From NCBI RefSeq assembly GCF_053078305.1, contig NZ_CP166879.1: a stretch of DNA of 64,000 bases; one strand, written 5' to 3'. The notes beneath the pieces were generated by a model that did not search any database, had not been told where the DNA came from, and worked only from the letters and a program-made list of their open reading frames with translations. Position 1 is the stretch's first letter. Each line of letters starts with the position of its first letter. Positions 58,036-64,000 of the stretch are shown one piece after another. Made by a program: the position numbers and the translations under genes.

Positions 58036-59085
58036 ATGCCGCAGCCAACGTTGATGACCGACTGGATATGTATCGCCACATCAGGACCGACCGTTGACGG
58101 CCGCGAAATTGATCCGCAGTGGCTGACTGATGCCGCTGAAACCTATTCCCGCAACACCTACACGGCGATGCTGTGGCCCTGGCATGAGGAAGAAATCGGA
58201 CACCGCCAGTACACCAGTAATCTGGGTGAAGTGGACTCACTGAAAGCGGAAACCGGCGAGGACGGTAAAACCCGCCTCTACGCACGGCTGGTCCCTAACC
58301 AGTACCTGATTGAAGCCAACAGACTGGGGCAGAAGCTGTTCACATCCGCCGAGATAGTGGAGAACTTCGCCCGGAGCGGACGCGACTATCTCCTGGGCGT
58401 GGCGGTGACGGATATCCCCGCCAGTCTGGGGACGGAAAAAATCCGCTTCACCCTGAACAACGAGGAATACACGGCACAGCGGGCGAACTGCCAGACGTTC
58501 ACGCTGGGCAGCCTGTCACCGGACACCTCCCCGCCCCCCCGTAAACCTGAATCATTCCTGAAACGCCTGTTCAGCGCAGGACAGACCGACAACACCGACA
58601 CCAGTAAGCCTGATACAGGCGAGGACGCAAAAATGGACGAAATTAAAGCACTGCTTGAAAAGCTGATCACCCTGGTGGAAGGCGGCAGCGCCGCTGCCGC
58701 TGGCGAGGGCACAGCAGACACACCGGAAGAAGCAAAAGCCGAAGTCGCGGAAATCGCCGCCGAAATCGCCGATGCCGCCGCAGAGGTGGCAGAACTGGCA
58801 GAAGAAGTGGAAGCCGCCCCGGAAGATGAGGTTAAGGCTGAAGCCTTCAGCGCCGCGAAAGCGAAGCTGGAAGACGCGATTAAAGCGTTCAGTGCCATCA
58901 CACCGGAAAAAGGCGAACGTTACCGCCGCTTTGCCGCCCGTCGCCGGGACGACACCGACAAAGAAGAAATCAAAGCTATTGCCGAAAAACTTAACGACCT
59001 GACCACGAAGCTGTCAGCAACCGGCATCACGCCACGACCGGCTGGCACACCGGCAGAAAGCGAAAAACCGTTTGACTTTGTTTAA
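58036..59085 (+). CDS. Capsid scaffolding protein (P2 gpO-like)
   Basis: 349 aa from MPQPTLMTDW with AAGAGG Shine-Dalgarno; LLGVAVTDIPASLGTE resembles P2 gpO LVGLAVTDDPASLGTE; Ala/Glu-rich helical C-terminal half. Confidence 0.75.
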   Translation: MPQPTLMTDWICIATSGPTVDGREIDPQWLTDAAETYSRNTYTAMLWPWHEEEIGHRQYTSNLGEVDSLKAETGEDGKTRLYARLVPNQYLIEANRLGQKLFTSAEIVENFARSGRDYLLGVAVTDIPASLGTEKIRFTLNNEEYTAQRANCQTFTLGSLSPDTSPPPRKPESFLKRLFSAGQTDNTDTSKPDTGEDAKMDEIKALLEKLITLVEGGSAAAAGEGTADTPEEAKAEVAEIAAEIADAAAEVAELAEEVEAAPEDEVKAEAFSAAKAKLEDAIKAFSAITPEKGERYRRFAARRRDDTDKEEIKAIAEKLNDLTTKLSATGITPRPAGTPAESEKPFDFV

Positions 59086-59096
59086 GGACACGCAAC

Positions 59097-60125
59097 ATGC
59101 AACTGAACCAGAAAACCGAATCACTGCTTCGTAAGTACGCTGCCGGACTGGGCGCGGCAAACGGGGTTGACGACGTCACACGCTATTTTGCGCTGTCTGA
59201 CCCGAAGGAGACCGCGCTGCGTGACGCCATCATGCACTCCGACGAGTTTTTATCAAAACTGCCGAACGTGCTGGATGTTGAACAGGTGACAGGCCAGGTG
59301 GTTACCACCGGCGTTCCGGGCCTCCATACCGGACGTAAAAAAAATGCCCGTTTCACCCTTCCGCTGGGTGTTACCGGGAATGAATACAAGCTGGCTGAAA
59401 CCGATTCCGGTGCCCACCTCCTGTACACCACACTGGTCACCTGGGCAAACGCAGGCGGTGAAAACGAGTTCTTTAACCGCATTCAGAATTTTGTTAACAG
59501 ACAGATCGCGCTGGATATCCTGCGCATCGCCTTTAACGGTACCAGCGTGGCCGAAGATACCGACCCGGTAACCAACAAAAACGGCGAGGACGTCAACACC
59601 GGCTGGCATGCCATCGTCAAAGGCCGCAGCGCAAAACAGATCGTGGAGGCTGGCCCGACGCTGGGCAAGGGTGGCGACTTTATCGGGCTGGATGCAGCCG
59701 TGGCAGACCTCGTGCACACCCTCATTGATGAGTCGTATCGCGGTCATCCGGATCTGGTGGTACTGGTTGCGCCCGATCTTGTGGCACAGGACAAGGTGAC
59801 GCTGCTTAACGCCATCGACGCCCCCACGGAAAAAGTGGCCGCGCAGCTTATCGGTCGCCAGATCGCCGGGCTGACAGCATACACCCCGCCGTTCATGCCG
59901 GAAGGACGCCTGATTGTCACCACGCTGGCAAACCTTCACATCTACACGCAGCGCGGCACCCGTCAGCGCCGTGCGGAGTGGAACGACGATCGCAAGCGTT
60001 TTGAAAACAACTATCTGCGCATGGAAGGTTACGCCGTGGAGCACGACGAAATTTACGCGGCCTACGACAAGCTGACCATCAAGGGCGCAGAAGCGGCAGA
60101 AGAGCCCGCATCTGGCGGCGCATAA
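59097..60125 (+). CDS. Major capsid protein (P2 gpN-like)
   Basis: 342-aa ORF; GKGGD...LDA and HPDLVVLV motifs resemble P2 gpN; position after the scaffold gene. Confidence 0.8.
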   Translation: MQLNQKTESLLRKYAAGLGAANGVDDVTRYFALSDPKETALRDAIMHSDEFLSKLPNVLDVEQVTGQVVTTGVPGLHTGRKKNARFTLPLGVTGNEYKLAETDSGAHLLYTTLVTWANAGGENEFFNRIQNFVNRQIALDILRIAFNGTSVAEDTDPVTNKNGEDVNTGWHAIVKGRSAKQIVEAGPTLGKGGDFIGLDAAVADLVHTLIDESYRGHPDLVVLVAPDLVAQDKVTLLNAIDAPTEKVAAQLIGRQIAGLTAYTPPFMPEGRLIVTTLANLHIYTQRGTRQRRAEWNDDRKRFENNYLRMEGYAVEHDEIYAAYDKLTIKGAEAAEEPASGGA

Positions 60126-60142
60126 GCACAGAGGGCGGCGCA

Positions 60143-60841
60143 ATGACACCCTGCCAGCGACACCGGGCGAAAATCCGCACACAGGAGGCACTCGAACGCC
60201 GGGAGGCGCTGACGGCCTCCCCGGTCAGCTTCCACCTGTTACGCGCGGAGCTTGATCGCGATGTGGCACGGCTGCGCAGTCTTCCGGTCCGTGAAGAGCG
60301 GCTGGCGTTCAAGCGCGACATTCTCCTGCCGCGCTGGCTGCCCGTCGCGGAGCGCTATATCGCTGACGGAAAGCGCCACGCCTGCCCGGTACTGGTGTAC
60401 TGCATCATCTGGCTGTTCGACACGGGCGACCTGAGTCGCGCCCTTGACTGGGCAGACATTGCCATCAGTGAAGGCCAGGCCACGCCGGACAACTTCCGCA
60501 GCACCCTGCCCGCCTTCGTGGCAGACACGGTGCTGCAGTGGGCCACCGACAACAGCGAGGCCGGACACAGCATAGAACCGTATTTTTCGCGCACCTTCAG
60601 GAACGTCACCACCTCGTGGCGGCTGCATGAGGAAATCCGCGCGAAGTGGTTCAGATTTGCCGGGCTGTATCTTCTGCGCGACGAGGCGGGCAAACCGAGA
60701 GCCACCGCGATTAATGATACTGCCGTACTGGAAAAGGCAGACGCATACCTGGCACAGGCGGCAGCACTGAGCCGTACCGCTGGCGTAAAAAGTATCAGGG
60801 CGCGCATCAGGGCACGCATCAGCGCCCTTAATGCAGCGTAA
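60143..60841 (+). CDS. Terminase small (endonuclease) subunit (P2 gpM-like)
   Basis: 232-aa ORF after the capsid gene with AGAGGG Shine-Dalgarno; gene order. Confidence 0.7.
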   Translation: MTPCQRHRAKIRTQEALERREALTASPVSFHLLRAELDRDVARLRSLPVREERLAFKRDILLPRWLPVAERYIADGKRHACPVLVYCIIWLFDTGDLSRALDWADIAISEGQATPDNFRSTLPAFVADTVLQWATDNSEAGHSIEPYFSRTFRNVTTSWRLHEEIRAKWFRFAGLYLLRDEAGKPRATAINDTAVLEKADAYLAQAAALSRTAGVKSIRARIRARISALNAA

Positions 60842-60948
60842 ACGACTACCCGCAGGGCCGGGCGGGCGCGGGAGGAGGCATCAGTGACGGAAACTGTATG
60901 GCCGTGGAATCCCGGACAGCCCGCCTTTTTATTCATATGAGGCACGTC

Positions 60949-61422
60949 ATGAGCGAACCGAGCTTCAGCGTCAGCGGTAAACCGCTGAAATCCACACCGC
61001 AGACGGTGACAAACGGCGAGCCGTTCTGGCCGGACCTTAATCTGGCTGAGCTTCAGGGGTCACGCACGCTTCCGGCTGATTTACCCGACGACACGGCGGC
61101 CATGGCGCTACTTGCCGCAGTGGCCGAGGTAAACACCACGCTGGCGCCGGTTGTGGCGCACTGGAAGGCGCAGGGGCATGAACGCGCCGCAGACGTACCG
61201 GGGGCCAGGCTGGGCGATGAAACCCAGCTGGTCGCACAGTACAAAAAGGCCGTTTATGCCCGTGCCAAGGCCGATCTTATGGGCGAGTTCGCCACCATTG
61301 GTCGCCGTGAAACCTATCCGGGGCAGGAAAGCGAGGACACACGCGCCACCTTACTGGCTGAAGCCTCGCTGGTCATGCGTAACATGCTGGGGCACAGACG
61401 CGCGGGAGTGCACATTATATGA
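60949..61422 (+). CDS. Head completion/stabilisation protein (P2 gpL-like)
   Basis: 157 aa from MSEPSFSVSG; WPDLNLAEL...AVAEVN...YKKAVYARA resembles remembered P2 gpL. Confidence 0.65.
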   Translation: MSEPSFSVSGKPLKSTPQTVTNGEPFWPDLNLAELQGSRTLPADLPDDTAAMALLAAVAEVNTTLAPVVAHWKAQGHERAADVPGARLGDETQLVAQYKKAVYARAKADLMGEFATIGRRETYPGQESEDTRATLLAEASLVMRNMLGHRRAGVHII

Positions 61423-61892
61423 ACCAGCTGGAAAGCCTGACCGCCTTCATTACCGAAAATCTGCCGCCTGACGCCATGCAGTTCTTCATGAGCAGTCAGG
61501 AAGACGCGCAGCTTATCCGCAGTCAGAAGGCGCTGGGTAACGACCAGATCCGCATGGGCGTGATGACGTACACCGGCGTGATTGCATGGGATAACTTCCC
61601 GTTCCGCAAATACTCACCGGGGCTGGTTTACGCGCTGGTCATGGCCTGGCTGGAAGAGCACGCGGACCCGCTGAGGGAGGAATTCCGCCCGGAGGATGTG
61701 AACGTCGACCCGCAGTTTAACGATGAGGACTCGTGCCTTCTCGATATCACGGTGGGACTGGCTGACCCGCTGATCATCCGGGTTCAGGAAGACGGCCCCG
61801 TTCCGTACAGGGGGAAACGCTGGACACTGGTTAACCCTGAAATCTGGACGGCGGAAACCATGGATCTGTTTGTCAGCAGGAGCCGCGAATGA
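61419..61892 (+). CDS. Putative tail completion protein (gpR-like)
   Basis: 157-aa ORF ATGA-coupled to gpL; weak by-eye resemblance to P2 gpR (LVYALVMAWLEEHADP). Confidence 0.4.
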   Translation: MNQLESLTAFITENLPPDAMQFFMSSQEDAQLIRSQKALGNDQIRMGVMTYTGVIAWDNFPFRKYSPGLVYALVMAWLEEHADPLREEFRPEDVNVDPQFNDEDSCLLDITVGLADPLIIRVQEDGPVPYRGKRWTLVNPEIWTAETMDLFVSRSRE

Positions 61893-62599
61893 TAAGCGGC
61901 CAGCTGAACCCGCAGCAGCTGGCAGAAGCACAGGCGATGCTTCAGTCGCTGGATCTGCCCCCGAAAAAACGCCGTCGCCTGTTATGGCGTATTGCCCGGC
62001 ACGGCATTATCGCCGCTGCCAGACGCCATCAGCGCGATCAGGCCGCACCGGACGGTACAGCATGGGCACCCCGGAAACGCGGTAAGGGGAAAATGTTCAG
62101 AAAGCTGCCGCGTCTTCTGGCGGTCCGTGAGATGCCCGGACAGGATGCCGTAAAGGTTTATTTCCGTAACGGCAATCACACCAGTGGCAGGAGCCGCATC
62201 AGTGCCGGTGCCGTGGGCTGGGTTCACCACAACGGCGCAGAAATCCGGGTCAGTGCTGACAGCTTCAGCGGTCAGGACCAGAACGGGCAGACCGCCACCC
62301 GCCGACAGGCAAAACGACTGCGGGAGCTGGGCTTTAAGGTACGCCAGAAGGGGCGCTGGCGGAAAGCATCCATGAAATACCTGTTAACGCTTTCGCGGGC
62401 GCAGGCCGGGTTGCTGATCACCATTATGGAAGATCAGATTATCGCCGGACCACGCCAGCAGAAGGCCCGGACATGGACCATTACCCTTCCGTCGCGCGTC
62501 TTTCTGGGGGTAACAAACGAAGAATTTTCACACATCCTGGCACGCCAGATGAACGCAATGGGCTACGGCCTGGACGTTGACGCACAGGATATCAGATAA
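61889..62599 (+). CDS. Putative virion morphogenesis / tail completion protein (gpS / Mu G-like)
   Basis: 236-aa ORF ATGA-coupled to the upstream gene; position in the head-tail joining module. Confidence 0.4.
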   Translation: MISGQLNPQQLAEAQAMLQSLDLPPKKRRRLLWRIARHGIIAAARRHQRDQAAPDGTAWAPRKRGKGKMFRKLPRLLAVREMPGQDAVKVYFRNGNHTSGRSRISAGAVGWVHHNGAEIRVSADSFSGQDQNGQTATRRQAKRLRELGFKVRQKGRWRKASMKYLLTLSRAQAGLLITIMEDQIIAGPRQQKARTWTITLPSRVFLGVTNEEFSHILARQMNAMGYGLDVDAQDIR

Positions 62600-62610
62600 G
62601 GAGTCACACC

Positions 62611-63756
62611 GTGAGCTGGCCGAATGTAACCGTAAGCCATCAGAACCGTTTCAACGGTGCCACCCGTGAAGTGGAGCGCACGCTGCTTTTTGTGGGCTAT
62701 GGCAAAAAGAACACAGGTAACACCCTTTCCGTCTCCCCTGAGACCGACCTGGACGACGTGCTGGGACCGGATGAAAGCCTGCTTAAATCCACGCTTACCG
62801 CCGCAATCGCCAACGGTGGCCAGAACTGGTTTGCCTATGTTCACGTTCTGTCTGAACCCAAACCCCCGGCACCGGAGGGTGGCGACGCTAACGCCGCATG
62901 GGTGGACGCGGTGAAAAAAGCGCAGACCATTGCTTCTGCCGAGGGCGTGGTGATTGCCATTGACATCACGGCCAAAGATGCCGTTAACCGCGCCACCGAA
63001 ACCCGCGCCCTGCTTCAGTCCGCTTATGGCCGCTTTGTCTGGTTCATGCTGTGCGTGGCCGGACCGGGCAAGGATGAAGCATGGGCGGCATACGTCACCC
63101 GCATCAGTGCCATACAGGACGGCGTGGCAGCACCTGGCGTGATGGTGGTTCCCCGCTTATGGGGAAATGAGCCCGGCGTACTGGCGGGCCGTCTCTGTAA
63201 TCCTTCCGTCACCGTTGCGGACAGTCCGGCACGTGTGGCAACCGGTGCCCTGGTGGCGATGGGTAACGATGAGATCCCGCAGGACGGCAAGAAACAGCCC
63301 CTTGAGCTGGCCACGCTGCGCTCGCTGGAAGGCAAACGCTTCAGCGTGCCCATGTGGTATCACGATTTCGACGGGCTCTACTGGTCAGACGGACGCACCC
63401 TTGATGTGGAGGGGGGCGATTACCAGGTCATCGAAAACGTGCGCGTGGTGGATAAGGTCTCCCGCCGTGTACGTCTGCGCGCCATTGCCCGCCTTGCGGA
63501 TCGCGCACTCAACAGCACACCGGGCAGCATTGCCGCCAGCCAGACATATTTCAGCCGCACGCTGCGTGAAATGGCGCTCGCCACGGAGATTAACGGCGTA
63601 CCGTTCCCCGGCGAGGTTAAACCGCCACAGGACGGGGATATCACCATCGTCTGGACCAGCAGTACACACGTGCAGATTTACATTGTGGTACGCCCCTACG
63701 AGAGCGCAAAAGCCATTGGCGTAAGTATTGAACTCGACACAGCACTGGAGATCTGA
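62611..63756 (+). CDS. Putative tail sheath-type structural protein (GTG start)
   Basis: 381-aa ORF with TAAGGAG Shine-Dalgarno, followed immediately by a small structural ORF; assignment by position only. Confidence 0.35.
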   Translation: MSWPNVTVSHQNRFNGATREVERTLLFVGYGKKNTGNTLSVSPETDLDDVLGPDESLLKSTLTAAIANGGQNWFAYVHVLSEPKPPAPEGGDANAAWVDAVKKAQTIASAEGVVIAIDITAKDAVNRATETRALLQSAYGRFVWFMLCVAGPGKDEAWAAYVTRISAIQDGVAAPGVMVVPRLWGNEPGVLAGRLCNPSVTVADSPARVATGALVAMGNDEIPQDGKKQPLELATLRSLEGKRFSVPMWYHDFDGLYWSDGRTLDVEGGDYQVIENVRVVDKVSRRVRLRAIARLADRALNSTPGSIAASQTYFSRTLREMALATEINGVPFPGEVKPPQDGDITIVWTSSTHVQIYIVVRPYESAKAIGVSIELDTALEI

Positions 63757-63757
63757 C

Positions 63758-64000
63758 ATGGCCGGAAATGAACGTATCAGCGGCGGCGCGTTTGATATCA
63801 ACTACGACGGGATCATGATCCACGTGGAAAGCGCCACCGTCACCATCACCGACAACAGCGCCGTGGCACAGACGCGCGGCGTGCCGAACGGCTACACCCG
63901 TGGTTCTGTTTCTGCCGATGTGGAGGTGGAAGTCGACGCGCAGAACTTTAAAAAGTTTGGTGCCGTGGCCCGCTCTGCGGGGTCGTGGCGTGCCATTCCT
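63758..64000 (+). CDS. Putative tail tube-type structural protein (partial, runs off the window end)
   Basis: ATG at 63758 with GGAG Shine-Dalgarno; open frame to the window end (MAGNERISGGAFDINYDG...). Confidence 0.3.
   Translation, partial: MAGNERISGGAFDINYDGIMIHVESATVTITDNSAVAQTRGVPNGYTRGSVSADVEVEVDAQNFKKFGAVARSAGSWRAIP

Larger units (their letters stand above)
45192..64000. mobile_element. P2-family (Peduovirus-like) prophage, left part; continues beyond the window
   Basis: P2-like gene order int-C-cox-early ORFs-A then Q/P (minus) and O-N-M-L (plus); HUH motif in gpA; Ogr-type zinc finger; break in host synteny after dmsA. Confidence 0.9.

Noticed and set aside
58386-58901. 171-aa Ala/Ser-rich minus-strand ORF
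   Set aside because: Antisense to the Ala/Glu-rich scaffold gene; low-complexity shadow frame

Overview
The first ~45 kb is a conserved Escherichia coli-type chromosomal block, reverse-complemented relative to the usual K-12 map: ompF, aspC, gloC, mepK, ldtD, mukBEF, cmoM, elyC, ycbJ, kdsB, ycaR, ycaQ, lpxK, msbA, ycaI, ihfB, rpsA, cmk, ycaL, aroA, serC, ycaP, ycaO, focA, pflB, pflA, ycaM, ycaD, ycaC, dmsCBA. Host gene identities come from recognising the translated ORFs against remembered K-12 proteins; no search was run. From ~45.2 kb to the window end lies the left ~19 kb of a P2-family prophage, integrated just upstream of the dmsA FNR promoter and continuing beyond the window. Its modules are int, a C-type repressor, a cox-like gene, an early operon of small ORFs, the HUH replication initiator gpA, an Ogr/Delta-type zinc-finger activator, portal Q, terminase P, scaffold O, capsid N, small terminase M, head completion L and the start of a tail module. 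The most interesting loci are the small three-gene cargo cassette between gpA and the ogr/Q block (the position of the P2 tin/old accessory hotspot), a lower-GC convergent gene pair inside the early operon, and a structured non-coding gap with an internal terminator in that operon. None of these has a function I can assign from sequence. On the host side, ompF appears to be a loop-variant allele and ycaK-ycaN, which I remember lying between pflA and ycaM in K-12, are absent. No rRNA, tRNA, CRISPR array or IS transposase was found. The ORF track uses alternative start codons, so many listed N-termini are over-extended; starts given here were re-chosen by ATG plus Shine-Dalgarno inspection.
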